Below, in pieces: positions 1 through 12,380 of a stretch of DNA of 64,000 nucleotides. Under the pieces are notes generated by a model that searched no databases, was not told where the DNA came from, and was given only the letters and a program-made list of their open reading frames with translations. Origin of the DNA: Raillietiella orientalis (lineage: Eukaryota); assembly GCA_036172245.1 (NCBI GenBank), contig JAYWIR010000046.1:1178001-1242000 (forward strand), written 5' to 3'. The position numbers and the translations under genes are program-made. Every line of letters starts with the position of its first letter. Positions within the stretch are counted from its first letter, which is position 1.

Positions 1-2800
1 CACTTCCAGCTGATTGCAATGATTAGCTGGAGTATCTAGCCAGAAAAGTTGAATCCTTAAATATGGCGAACCTCGTAGTGCTTCCTAAATGGAACAACGA
101 GAATGGCACTCACGTCGTAGCTGATACTCCAAAAGATGAACTGCTTGTGATGGATTCCAAGTAAAGGTAGCAGTTCTCGTTGAAGTAGTGCTTATGTATT
201 CGGATTCAAGTATTTTGATCCCTGCCGAAGCTTGGAAAGTGCTGATGCACTACATTTGCAAACAGGAAATCCACCTGATGTTTCTAACTTTAGTAAGCTT
301 CTGCTATTTTTTAAGCAATTTTTGAAGCTGATATCAGTTTGCATCATTGCTCCGTTAGCTTTACAAGAAGCCAGCTCAGGAATCAAAAGACAATGCTGAT
401 GTTCATGAGAAAGAGATGTTTACTATTTGGAGGGCAAAGGTTCGCTCTGATTTTTTTTGGCACGGCCATTCTTGGATCATGGCTAAACAAAGTCGATGAA
501 ATGGATAAACTATATGTTTTTATCTTGTATGATAGCTTGTCGCCTTCTCTCAGTCCAGCATGATGACTTTTCATAATGAAACAGCCATATAAAAGAGATT
601 TATGTACTAAAAAATCGTGGTAAATCACTGATTAACTTAACCAGTAAAATTTTGGAATCTCTTACAACTAATTGCATTCTGATGAGATTTCAAATGGGTA
701 ATTCTTTTCAGAAAATGGTTCTTCGTATAAAGAAGAAAGAGGAGCTTGGGTTTTAGCAGGAATAAGAAAAACGTTTACGACTTCCTGCATAATGAAAACT
801 CATGATTTAGTCTTACATCTACCAGAAAAAAGTAAATTTCTATAAATTTGCTAGAATGTACATCATTTGACTTCTACCTCAGCATGAACGACTGCCTTCA
901 TTGATCTCCGGTAGCTAAGTAGCTTAACTTCGAGTTCTCAATGATCAAGAAAGAGTCTCCTTTTCACTTCCAGATAAGAGTGAAGAGTAATAAGTCTTTT
1001 TGTTTCCAACTGCTCTTTGAATAGAAAATAAAACTACGAACACAAAAAGAAATGAACATCAATTAACTAGGAGGAAATATCAAATGAAATTTTGCAGATT
1101 TTAATAGGAAGATCAGATAATTTGCCTGGTTTCATGTGATGTTTCATTTCAGTCTTTTAGGAATGTTCGTTCAAATGTTCTTTCAACTATTTTCTCAGTG
1201 AACATGAATAACTGAAAATCCACTGAGATTCATGTTTTTGAACAAGCTTGAATTATTCCTACTTAGGCAAGAGCAGGCTGGCTTGTCTTTCTTTAAATGC
1301 TTTGATTTTCATTCGACTGTGAGTTAAAGATAACTTACAGTTAAAGATCGTTGCTTGTTGGGATGAAAAGAAATGGAATCTATGGAAAAAAAATTCAGGG
1401 AGCACATTTCTTTATATCTAATTAGGAAAAACACACTATCCGTAATTATAGAAGATACATGTATCGACATGAACAACATGGATGAATGAGGAAATTTGCA
1501 TTCATTGAAAGCTTCCGTTTGGGGAATTGTACCTCAATTAGCAATCGGAATCAGATGGATTGACTGAGAATGAGAGCATATTAACAAATAATGAACAAAC
1601 AATAGGAACTGTGACATCAGCGGAGAAGGGAACCTCCAAAGATAAAATGATTCGAAGAAACCGTATTCGAATAGAATCCATCAATGAAAAAGACTGCTTT
1701 TATTTGACTAATTTCCTCTAGAGATTGCAACTGTTATTGAGTATCAGCTGTCTCTTTGTGTGTCTAAGATCAGTGCTTCTGCCTTGTGCTTCAATTGCAT
1801 GGTCATTTATTAAAGAAAGGGAGTCTAAATGCTAGCATATCTTTGACATAAATTGCTTGTGTCCCTGAAAAGCTTTTACAAGCGTGTGAGTGTACTAAGA
1901 AACGTAATTTCTTGGTGGGACCATTTATAGATTTCTCTGATATGATCACCTCTTCAGTTGAGTTGTGTTCACATTCATGAGACCAACTGCTGACTGAGGA
2001 CTCCTTTTGTTCAATATCGAACTTAAGCGAATTGTAGCTGAATTCTGCCACCATGAATACAGCATCTATCTGATTAGGTGTCACCGAATTACGACACCAC
2101 TACTTGCAAATGTCAGAATCTGCAGACTGAAAATTTTCAATAACTGAAATCAAAATGCCCTTTCTATAGGCTCTGCTCTTTCGAAATATATTGAAATTCT
2201 TTCCCTCGTCATGTATTCTTTTACTTGCATTTCGCTTCGTCAAGGAAGCATCCAGCGCTTCTATCTATATCAACGATTCTTATGGTTGCTATCTTTTTAT
2301 AAGGCAGAATGGCATTTTAATCGAATATCTCAAGTTTGGTGCCTCAGAATTATGACAGATTTTTGACAAAGGAACATTGTATTTGTAGATGAAATCTTGT
2401 AGTTTGCGAAGCAAAAAGGTTCTTACGATTTAGCGTCTATTTAAGCACACTACTGGTAAATCATCCCAAGTGCTGTTGAGTGATGCCTGATTTATTTGTG
2501 CACATTCCTCCCTACAATTTCAGAACTCTTCAGAAATTTTGCTAAGGTGTTAATAAAGTAACGGCAACTTTGTTGTTGATTAGAATTTTTTAAGAAAACA
2601 CTGAGCTGATTATTTCGAGGATTCTTTTCTTTTTATACATACTTATTTCTTCAGCTTGTGAGCGTCTGTCCACACTTGAGTTCAATGAAATTACATGCTG
2701 CTAATTATTTTCGGCTCTCATGGCTTACCAAGACTATTTTATTAACCATTACCATTGGAAGCTGGGTGTAGCAATGAATGGACATAATCTAAAGAATTTC
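1..2800 (-). mobile_element. Degenerate Ty1/copia pol relic (integrase to RT), runs off the window start
   Basis: Minus-strand remnants in copia order: IDAKS (~2430, IDDxS-like), RIHDEGKNF (~2194-2219, RSDNGGEF-like), TPNQ..VAEFSYNSL..SW (ORF 1803-2084, TPQQNGVAER-like), MQEVVNVFL..LYEEP (~715-792, QMDVKNAFL..IYMEQP-like), HKSLLYG and HDPRM (ORF 383-628, KSLYG/DPCL-like). Multiple stops and frameshifts. Confidence 0.7.
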
Positions 2801-3779
2801 AGTAATTCTGGTGGCACTGTTCAAGAGTCACGAAACAACAGCAAGAATCTCAAAAATTCAATAGTGTGAAGACTGCAGGAGAATCAGTGGGAGACGAGCA
2901 GCATAGGCAACTTACCTAAACGCTGTCAAATGACAATAAAGATATCTGTTCCATCTGATTGGATGTTCTGAACTTACCTTGATCTATTATGAAACTAGGA
3001 AGAAGAGCATGGAAATGAGTCTTGACGAAGTCGTGATATTAAGTTTTTACAATGCATGGCAGATTGGAATGCGCAACCCGATGTCATTTGTATCCAACAA
3101 CTTTCCACTAGCTAGCCTAGATTTCTATGACATAACTGTGTTGGTAACTAGGCAGTAATCTACTGCCTAGTTAGCATGCAATAAGCACAATAAATTTAGC
3201 ACATTCATCCGCGTGTACTTTTTGCAACAGCCAATTTCTTTCCATTCTTCGCCAACGGACTGAAGGACTGTCTAATCTCTTATGCTAATAAAAATACATT
3301 TAGTTATTAGTCCAATTGTTAATAGTATTTATTAGTAGTCAATGGAGGCCTAAGCATTTCCCGTAGGACCTAGTATGCCATTATTAGTATGCTATTAATA
3401 GGCAATTCACATTGAAAAAGGGGGTAATTTTCCAATAAGGTTACCTATGACTGTAGGTGAATTGGAATTTTTGGTTTAGATCCCAGGTAAACTTTTGTTT
3501 GTCAAAATATAAGGGATTTTTCTCGAATCATCATCATTTGATCCAAAATCTTTGGACATTGGTTCTCTTTTCTGGAAAAATGTTCGTGCTAATCGAAAGT
3601 ATGGATTGAGGCGTGAGAACACATGCTTGTAGGAAACATTTTGTGAACCTTCTCGTTACGAACTCGTGCTTCCACCAGCAAGTATACTGAAGCAATTATT
3701 CTGCTTACCGTGAATTTAGATCTCATGATGCTTTACAATACAACAACAACAGGACAGGACTGAAGAGATGAAAGTCAAA

Positions 3780-6215
3780 CTAATATTCTAAGTCTGCCGA
3801 GAAGCAAGAAGTTTATTTCTAGTAGTGTTGAAATCGTGTGACTTCGCACAATATCTTTGATTTCACCAAACTGTGATCTGATCCTTGACTCAGTGTGGAT
3901 ATGTCCATTTATTGCTTTACCAGAATGTTCCTCGGATTTTTATGAAACACCAAGAATGAAAAATGCATTATTTTTTTAATGTTCTTGGCGACACAGGTGT
4001 TTCTATACTTTTAATTTTCAAGAGCACGAGCTCATTATTGAAGAAGTGGCTTTACGAATATAATCTCCAGTATCGGTTTTATATTTTGTTTTTCAACATG
4101 AATCCAAACCTCATGCCATGAAGTTGAAATCCTGTCAAAGAAGAAGTAACATTGTGTCCTTGAGAATCATCATACAATACACAAAAGACTTGTAGAATTA
4201 TGCCAACCATTTCAAGGCGTGGAATGATTCAGGATGTCACGAAACTTTTTTAGTATGTCCATTTTGGGTGTTTATGCGCAAATTGAAACTTTTTAAGTAC
4301 TTGTGTTTGAGAAGCTTTCAAAGTCCAGATACATTCCCTAACCAAACGTCATAAGTTCTTAAAATTGCTTTGATTTCCGTTTTCTATTTGTTTCTTTCAC
4401 TATTCTGATTTCTTTGTGTGTATAGATGTGCAAATTCTTGAACACCTTTGTGAAATTTCAGTTTCTGAGGAAGGGGGGTATTGTGAAGACAAAAAAGTAG
4501 AAGAAGGAAGAATCATCATGGCATAAATAAGAAACAGCGGTCTTACCAACTTCGTGGTATCAATACTGAAAACAATGGTTTGTGTTACTTTCGAGATTAT
4601 CAAGTATTGGAGGGTTTTTAGCAAGCACTCAACGTCGCAGGCATTGCAACGCTCTATGAAAGATAGGACTACAAGCGGAAAACTATTCTTCCACCGAAGA
4701 ACATCCACATTCCAAGAAAGTATAGGTTATATTGGAAGCGTCATTCTTCAAACTGGAGGCGACGGGAGAAAGTGGATAGAGGCAGAGGAAGAAACCGAAG
4801 CGGTTATTAAGCCTAGAACATGCTCTTTATCGATTATTCGGTTGAAAGAGACCACAGCTCTCGAGTCATGAAAGTTTTAATTTTTTGCTACATATGGAAT
4901 CGTTGCTAAGAACTTCAAGATGCGGCATTGTAATTCGAAAATTTTTCCTTTTCCTCACTGCTTCCTACTCATACACAGCTTTCATTCCAGCTGTTCGTTT
5001 CTCTTAAGACTATGGTTGTTGTGTTATAACTGAATGGCTGAAATCATTGGAGTATTGATCATCTCCATAATCTTCATTCGTCCCTTCTTCACCTTATGGC
5101 ATTTTTCTTTTCAAGTGTATGTGCGGAAATACAACAGATGACAATATCGATTCCTCGCAAGTAGCTTTTGTAAGTTTAGGAGCTTGGAAGTGTACTTTTT
5201 GCTCTTCCATGGAATCTTGAAAATATTTGGAAAGATTTCTCAAGTCAAAAGAACATGAAGATTCTCTCATGAAGAACCAACTCTTCAATGTTTCACCATT
5301 TGTTCACATTTCCTTGCCATTTTATTTCATTGAGCTAAAATTGGATTTAGATAAGTTCGCCAAAATTCATCTTACTAGGAAACTAAAAACTTTTGGAGCT
5401 GTGAAGGCCGATGCTAAGTGCAAAATAAAGACAAAAGAGCTTAGAAACGTCCTTCGATTTTGAAAATGAAAACGAATCTGGAAGTGAAACAGACAGTACT
5501 TAAAACTGGAATCTCAAATTGGGAGTCTGAATTGTTGCTCCAGAAATCTAAGATACAATCCAATGTATGTGGTGAACTCGATTTGTGGCGCGATGCAGAA
5601 CTACCCAGTTTCCTCGATGAGGCTACATGAAATCGCTCTCAGATGATCACTGAATGCTAATAATCTCTCTCGTTATTTATTACTCCTATTAATCCAGATT
5701 AAAAATAAGAACATTAGATTCCCTAGGGTGAGATATCGTTATTGCTGTGTGTTATCAAAAGTTAGCTTTCTTGGTTAACACTGCATGGATTGATGACTAC
5801 GAAAGAACGTACAGTACCAGGATTATCTCTTGAAAATCAGTCCTGAGAAGAACTTTTGCTTGATACATGACTGTTTCTTGTTTAGCTAACAGATACAATA
5901 GCAATGACGATGCTTTTCATGAGGGTTCATTATTTTCCAATTCACCTTAGACAAATTGAAATGGTTATAATGCTATTGAAAACAAATTACATTGTTATTT
6001 TACATTTCCAATGGATCTGCTGGAAATTCTGACAGAAATCTGAGATACGATTTAAACAAATCGATTTTCAAAGCGCTCCAAAGTGAGACCTTCGGTGACG
6101 TAAAAAGGCGAATTGGTGCATTACTGGGATTCGAACAGTTAGATGAGGACTTCAAGGAAACAAAACTCTTGTCTGTGTTTATTCATAAATTTAACAGGAT
6201 CTTGCGGAGGAATAG
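3780..6215 (+). mobile_element. Degenerate Ty1/copia pol relic (integrase-RT-RNase H) ending in a PPT-like tract
   Basis: STFQESI..GRKWIEAEEETEAVIKPRTCSL (ORF 4554-4871, P.T..EA..W..AM.EE..SL..N.TW-like), GIVAKNFKMR, AFIPAVRFS, NLSRYL (~5660-5680), IS*KS (5825-5839), YISNGSA..NLRYD..EQLDEDFKETKLL (ORF 5992-6234, DNQSA..QLADxxTK-like), purine tract ttgcggaggaatag at ~6202-6215. The integrase part is weaker. Confidence 0.7.
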
Positions 6216-6249
6216 GAATTGCATTTTCTTGTGACGCTTGTCGTTCATG

Positions 6250-6800
6250 AATGGAACTGAACTTTCCTTGGAGTCCTAATCATCGACAGACTCAACTCAG
6301 ACAGAGTATACCTCTGACAAACAAACCAACAGATCCTTGTACAGCTTTGTGCTTAGATAATCAATCCAATCTCTTGATATGCTCTTAAATCACTTTTTGA
6401 AATGACACCCTACATGCAAGACACTCCTCATGAAGCCTCACCATTTCTAATCTTCTTCTCATTTTTTGTACCGTGTGAGGAATTCAAGTTCACAGGAATG
6501 ACATGTTCCAGTTTTACACCAAATGATGCATAAAGGGAGAGCATTTCTGCGCATTTTGCATTCCTAAAGCATCTAATTCATGATGGATAGAAGCGTCTCA
6601 AGAAAGATTGTAGCAGGAATAACTACACTTTATGTACAAATCCATGAAATCTGTGGGCAATCCTAATGCAGCAATCACTAAAAGTTTCCAGAATTTTAGC
6701 AACGGTGAAAAGCCACTATAGGGAAGAAAATTCGGTCTTGTGTCTGAGGATGAGATAGGATCTTTTGCAAATGACGTCATGGCACTCGCGCGCTAAGAAA
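6250..6800 (-). mobile_element. Copia RT fragment
   Basis: FSPLLKFWKLLVIAALGLPTDFMDL (ORF 6598-6780) resembles TFSPV..T.RLLLAIAA..L..QMDV; followed by LNSSHGTKN (LNKSLYGLKQ-like). Confidence 0.6.
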
Positions 6801-6949
6801 GATCAAGCTGCGTTGAAGGTGCAGGATTCGATCCCCTAATTGAAAGGCGAAGACTCAACACGAAGTCGCATGCAGACAGTGCCTAAGAGGACCGAGTAAA
6901 AAGCGGACCTTGAACTAGGTGGTCTCCTCAGAGGCACTGGATCACTCAC

Positions 6950-8160
6950 AATATGATTCATGTAAATGTAAAAGTTTTTTGGTGGGCACACACAGAGCTC
7001 ATTAGGAAAACCAATATCTTCCCACATTGTCAAGAAAACCAAGATTCTACCAGCACATACAGGGGAAAGAGAGACCTTCGACGATCTCATTTTCCTTTCG
7101 ATTTTTGATGATGGGAAGAGGGAAAGAAACAAACCATTGCGGTTTTGTAGTAAAAGAGAAACGAACTTTAAAGAGAATAAGAAATCATTGGATCACAACA
7201 GCTTTTTCGTCCACTTCGAAGACTCAGTCTCTTTCCAAGAACACTATTTCCCCTGGTCTATTCCTGGACAAGCCTCTGCAGACAAATATCAAACTGGCAA
7301 AAGATTTTCAACAAAAAACGCTGGAACTTGTAAGTAGTTCTCACCTACACGGGCTCCTCACATACTGCAAGCTGCATTTTCATTGGAATACCACTGCTAC
7401 AAATGAATACTGTCGTCCTGGAGTGCTAAAAATAAGCACCAAAAAAGAAACAGAAAACAAAGAGCACCTGATCTTTCATGGAACAGAGCTGCTCCTTATT
7501 CCTAGCAACAAAAGAAGTGCGGCTCCAAGCGGCTCCGCAGAGAATCTTCTCCTGAAGATGGAGCCATTCTCCAGATCGGATGCTTTCCCGTTCCACACTG
7601 GCGCCCGCAACTGGGTGAGACGCCGCACGCCACTCTCGGACGTGACCGCTGCTCCGGAGCGTTCCTCCGTTCCTGCCGAATTCTTCAGACGCTTACGAAA
7701 CGGTCGCGGTCCAATCCAGCACGGTCGCCAAGGCCTTCCGTTTTCTAGCGGAGCCCAGCCCGCCTGGCGGAATTCTTGAATAAAACATGCGGGGAGTCCA
7801 GGGAGATTCGCGAGACGCGCGCGGATCGGCTAGCAGCATTCACTTCACATATCCTGGTCGCTCAGAGGAGTTCGGAAGCTGGTCCGTCACGCTCTGGAAA
7901 ATTCCTTCGTGATCCTTGCCTGGATCCTCTGGGACGCAAGCAAGCCAGCAATTTCCCTCCGTCACCCGAAACCCTCTTCGGAAAGCGACGCCCACGTTTC
8001 GGATGACAGGAGTCGCAACCTCGGTGCCGGGAATTCTCTCGTTCACCTCTCTCCCTGGAGCATTTTCCCACGTGGATCCGTCACTTAGAAGTCCGCGGAA
8101 CCCTCGCGACGTGGTGCTGCTCCTTCCAGGGCGCCGTACCGAGTCCGCTTTCCCCTTCAT
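6950..8160 (+). mobile_element. Copia gag-protease-integrase N-terminal relic (mirror copy of 12380-13480)
   Basis: SGSAENLLLKMEPFS (DSGASxHM-like), LSDVTAAPE (L.DVLYVP-like), FSHVDPS..RDVVLLLPGRRT (integrase start-like); nucleotide homology to the reverse complement of 12380-13480. Confidence 0.5.
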
Positions 8161-8831
8161 TGGAAAGGAAGGAATCGTTCGCTATCCTCGAGGGATGCAA
8201 ACTGGGAAGTCGCGCTCCGATTCGCATCGGGCGTCATTTTCGTCGTAGGCGAAAGTGGTCTCGACTGCAGTCGGCCCTGTTGACCAGAGGCCCACGCTCT
8301 CGTGTGCAGGTCCGCAAGCTCATTTTCGACAGGACACGGCGCAGAGAGTGCTTGCATCTTGACTTTTCCGTGCTCTGTCGGCGGATACCCACCCCTTCGA
8401 TCGCCAGGTGCTCTCTCTCTCTGTGTGTGTGTATGTCTCGGGTGCTGACGCCTTGGAATACCTGCAGAAGCCGCTCTCTCGCCGACCCTTGGTGGCTGCA
8501 CGGAGCCAAGAACCGTGGACACTTCCATTCGCTCCGATTACGAAGACGACAGGATCAAAAGCTACGCTTCGCAGGATGTCGCAGAGAGGGACCAACGGCC
8601 CTCTCTGCGACATCACGTGCTGCGGCCAGTTTCTCCTCACGTTACGACCTCAGAGGCACTCCGTCGGTGAGTTCTTCGAGGGGAACTGCAGCCGAACACG
8701 GCTCGCATCTTCGGAGATGTACCTTCCCGCTCCTCGCTTTGTTCTATTTTTTTTTTTTTTTCCCCACCGAGCCTGTCCGCGCGCCGGAGGCGACGCACCC
8801 GTGGGCGCGCGGTTTCCTCCTCCCCGTGCTC
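7519..8831. repeat. Left arm of a 1.3 kb near-perfect inverted repeat
   Basis: Reverse complement of 11700-13011. ORF translations are identical (7776-8006 = 12524-12754, 7840-8160 = 12370-12690, 7916-8248 = 12282-12614). Differences noticed only at ~7521, 7528, 7636, 8493, 8498, 8807, 8827 plus one extra T at ~8539; the T15/A15 run and the (CT)n(GT)n tract are conserved. Confidence 0.97.
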
Positions 8832-9070
8832 TGGTATACGTCCCTCACACTGCGGCGCAGAGAACCCTGTGCTTCGGGAACAAGATGTTTGCAGTACGAA
8901 ATGGAGCCGCGGGGCTTCGACTCGTTCGGACGGACGGAAAGGGTTACATCTCTCAAGCAGTATTCGATATCTCAGTGTATGAAACTGAAGGTCTCCAACT
9001 GGAAAGAGCTCCCTTAAAGCTTTTTTTTAAAAAAAAAAAGTTGCTGCCAATCTGCTTCTCTGAAAATTCA
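8160..9070 (-). mobile_element. Copia RT C-terminus/RNase H relic (mirror copy of 11370-12380)
   Basis: *DIEYC (~8958-8975, PDI motif), SPTECL, QHPRHTH, GKVKMQ..CPVENELADLHTRAW (CPTxxxLADxxTKAL-like; ORF 8157-8528). Confidence 0.65.
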
Positions 9071-9149
9071 CTTTTCGAAACCGTTTCGGAGGTAGTCCAA
9101 GAGGTCATCTCCTAACTATTAACTATTCGTTGATGCGTACACTCAAGAG

Positions 9150-10750
9150 TTAGGCTTTCGAGCCAGTTTCTAATGAAGACCATTAGATGGCATCAAGCTT
9201 AAAAAAAGCTGTTGACAAAAAAAAACACGAAATGCGGCACGTAAAGTGCATGAAGCAATTTTTGCAACCAGGACGTGAAGAAAAAGACATGGATCTCGAA
9301 ATGCACAGTTCCACGACGTAGCAAGTATTTTCAGCTGCTGCAGTTGAGGAATAATGGATGGTTGAAGAGTAGCAAGTAATGACTACAATCAAAAGTCGCG
9401 TCTTCAGTTGTTTGAAAGCTTGATTGAATCCTCATGAAGAACGCGCCTCTTTGAAACCATTATTTCAAAGATTTGGTTTAGACTTTATGGACTTCATTCT
9501 AGTAGAACAATGAAAATTTTCCAAAGATTTTGTTATTGCACACAACTTTCTCGGATTGGAGCATCAAAGAACAAGTCTTTAGTCAGAAAGAAACGCTTTT
9601 AACAAAGGAAAACCATGTTTCTATTTTTCCATTCCTTTTGGTTTGCCTGCATATTTTAAAATCTTACGTATTTGTGTTTATTTTCTTCGAATTCATTGAA
9701 TCAAGCTTTTAGAAGACAACAGAAAGGGAAAATTTATCTTTCAACGAACACTTGTGGCAAAAATTTTTGTTTCTGCAGTCTCCAACTGTCATTGGTATGA
9801 CAAAGTGGAAACGTTCTGCACACACTACTTTTTTGTCCATTACTAATAAGGTTAATTGTTGCTCTATGTATCCGTAATTTCCTGTTAATGTCATGAGCCT
9901 CCGAATCACAACCAAACACGAAGTAGCTCTTACTTTCATATAAGTAGAGCTTCATGATTAATACCATCACTTGATCTTACCAAAGGACAACGCATTGTGT
10001 TTTGTTTCTACTTGCTTCAACTGCATCGGGACTCTCTCAAATCCGTGATAGAATACAAAGCACTCAAAGCAGCATGCCTCATTTGTGATGCATACTCATT
10101 GGTGAATGCATTTGAGGCTTTTCTCTAAGGTCAAGTCTTCCTTCATTTTGCTCTACTTTAATTTTACGGAAAAACAGAGAAGCCTGAAATAAAGCGAACT
10201 GACTCGGTGAAAACGGTAACATTGAACTTCAAAGAATCGAAAGCAGCCTGCTTCGAAATTTTGCATAAAGACGATTTCTTGCAAATTTTTCAAAGATTGT
10301 GGACCACTAAACAGATTTGAAACACTCGGCTGTCTTTGTGGAATAAAAAAAAAAAAAAAATCAAAAATTTTATTCTGAACACTGCTTTGGGTAGATCATA
10401 TCAAAACTTCATCGACTGGCAGGCATTCTTACAATAAATTTGATGCAATCCGATTCAGCATCGGAAGATGGCAGAAACATTCTCTACAGAAAACGACTAA
10501 TCACATGGAGGGGTGTTACGTAAGAGACATGAGTTCTAGTAGGACGAAAAATATTTCTGCTTGTCGGTAAAGATGTCCACTAAGAAACTGTGGAGTCAAA
10601 ACCGATGCCAAACATGCATGATTGAAAAACTGAACAGTCGTGTCAGAATCAAACTGAAGAGATATTCCAAAATATTCTGGTGGAGCAGAAATGCGTAGAT
10701 AATTATGCAAACCAAAGACTTCATCACTGACTCATCAGGAGCGCATTAAC
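9150..10750 (-). mobile_element. Copia RT-RNase H relic, AT-rich
   Basis: PPEYFGISLQ (ORF 10516-10710, YFLGI-like), RHAALSALY..PDAVEA (~10020-10080), GCDSEAHDINRK + YGYI (ORFs 9734-9970 and 9709-9939, GYCDSDWAGD..RKSTTGY-like), AAAENTCY + RGTVHFEIHVFF..LYVP (~9235-9345). Confidence 0.6.
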
Positions 10751-10799
10751 ATATCAACTTCATTATTTCTCTGTGACACCATCCACTTAGAATTCACCC

Positions 10800-11362
10800 G
10801 CTCTGGACTGACGTCGTATTCACTAAGTTCTAGTTCTCTTAATTAAGTATAGAATTGATCACAACGAATACCTCTATACAAATTAATTCTTAACTGCATT
10901 ACTTTTCGTAATGTCTTTCACATTTTTCATGCATAATAATTATTTCAAGCACATACTTAACAAAGAGATCTTCTTCTCCTTTAACCGTCCACCGGTGTCT
11001 TAATTAACTGTTGCAACCCCTTACAAGTAGATCAGTATTTCCAGAAAAGAGATTGTTTGCCTTGATGACAGCTCTCTATTTCCAAGTATGTTTCTTCGGA
11101 TTTGAGTACCAACAGCCCAAATGCCTCTTTGCAGCCTACATATTGTTCTCACGAAGCAAAATCTGTTTGCAACACCGACGAGATAGAATTCTTCCGCATA
11201 AATCTAACTCTTAATGAGAGTTTTCATAAGCAATGTCGGTCGCTCACCGTCTGAAATGAAGATAAACAGATTTGGCTATTATCCCTGACAAGTCTTCATT
11301 CTGACAGCCCAAAATTAGTCGTATTTGTTCGAGAGAGGCAACCCTTTCCGCTAGGGGTGTCA
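10800..11362 (+). mobile_element. Copia RNase H relic (diverged mirror of 9150-9950) ending in PPT-like ctaggggtgt
   Basis: Colinear patches of nucleotide similarity to the reverse complement of 9150-9900 (gtcttcatt; aaaat..ttgc.ac; acg.atac..aattaa..ctta..gtaatg); aggggtgt at ~11353-11360. Confidence 0.45.
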
Positions 11363-11369
11363 AAAATAA

Positions 11370-12380
11370 ATTAAGCTACCAACGCATACAGGAGATCAGG
11401 CAGCGCGAATGCTTTCAAGGCTTTGGCTATACCAAACTCTCTATTTTCTGGCAGACTGAAAGCGGGAACCAATCCGGATATTGAATGGGTTCCACATCGA
11501 AGGAAAAGGAGGAAACTCAGTTCCTTCCGTCCGTGGTTGTACTCCCGACAACCAAAGGCAATGGAGAGTCTTCCTCTCTTGTTGAGCCTCAACAGAGACA
11601 CGGGCAGAATACATGTGCATCGGAACCACACGATCAGTAAGACGACTCTTCTGCAGAAATCTCCAGTGGCACCGATCGACGTTCAAAGAGAATGTGCTGG
11701 AGCGCGGGGAGGAGGAAACCGCGAGCCCACGGGTGCGTCGCCTCCGGCGCGCGGACAGGCTCGGTGGGGAAAAAAAAAAAAAAATAGAACAAAGCGAGGA
11801 GCGGGAAGGTACATCTCCGAAGATGCGAGCCGTGTTCGGCTGCAGTTCCCCTCGAAGAACTCACCGACGGAGTGCCTCTGAGGTCGTAACGTGAGGAGAA
11901 ACTGGCCGCAGCACGTGATGTCGCAGAGAGGGCCGTTGGTCCCTCTCTGCGACATCCTGCGAAGCGTAGCTTTTGATCCTGTCGTCTTCGTATCGGAGCG
12001 AATGGAAGTGTCCACGGTTCTTGGCTCCGTGAAGCCGCCAAGGGTCGGCGAGAGAGCGGCTTCTGCAGGTATTCCAAGGCGTCAGCACCCGAGACATACA
12101 CACACACAGAGAGAGAGAGCACCTGGCGATCGAAGGGGTGGGTATCCGCCGACAGAGCACGGAAAAGTCAAGATGCAAGCACTCTCTGCGCCGTGTCCTG
12201 TCGAAAATGAGCTTGCGGACCTGCACACGAGAGCGTGGGCCTCTGGTCAACAGGGCCGACTGCAGTCGAGACCACTTTCGCCTACGACGAAAATGACGCC
12301 CGATGCGAATCGGAGCGCGACTTCCCAGTTTGCATCCCTCGAGGATAGCGAACGATTCCTTCCTTTCCAATGAAGGGGAA
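11370..12380 (+). mobile_element. Copia RT C-terminus/RNase H relic with PPT-like tract
   Basis: AYRRSGS, GTNPDIEWV (TRPDIAYAV-like), ECAGARGGGNREPTG, SPTECL (ORF 11423-11881), CPVENELADLHTRAW (ORF 11891-12373), tgaaggggaaag at ~12371-12382. Confidence 0.7.

Noticed and set aside
6781..6840. tRNA-like T-arm (gcaggattcgatcccct)
   Set aside because: I could not fold a cloverleaf with acceptor stem and D-arm; tRNAscan-SE would settle it.
7100..7500. Minus-strand integrase C-terminus (VFC..VFL motif)
   Set aside because: Nucleotide homology to 13012-13400 indicates a plus-strand gag region instead, which shows that single weak motif calls in this window can be spurious.
9017..9042. T8/A11 quasi-palindrome as a terminator hairpin
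   Set aside because: Homopolymer slippage in a eukaryotic relic; no associated gene.
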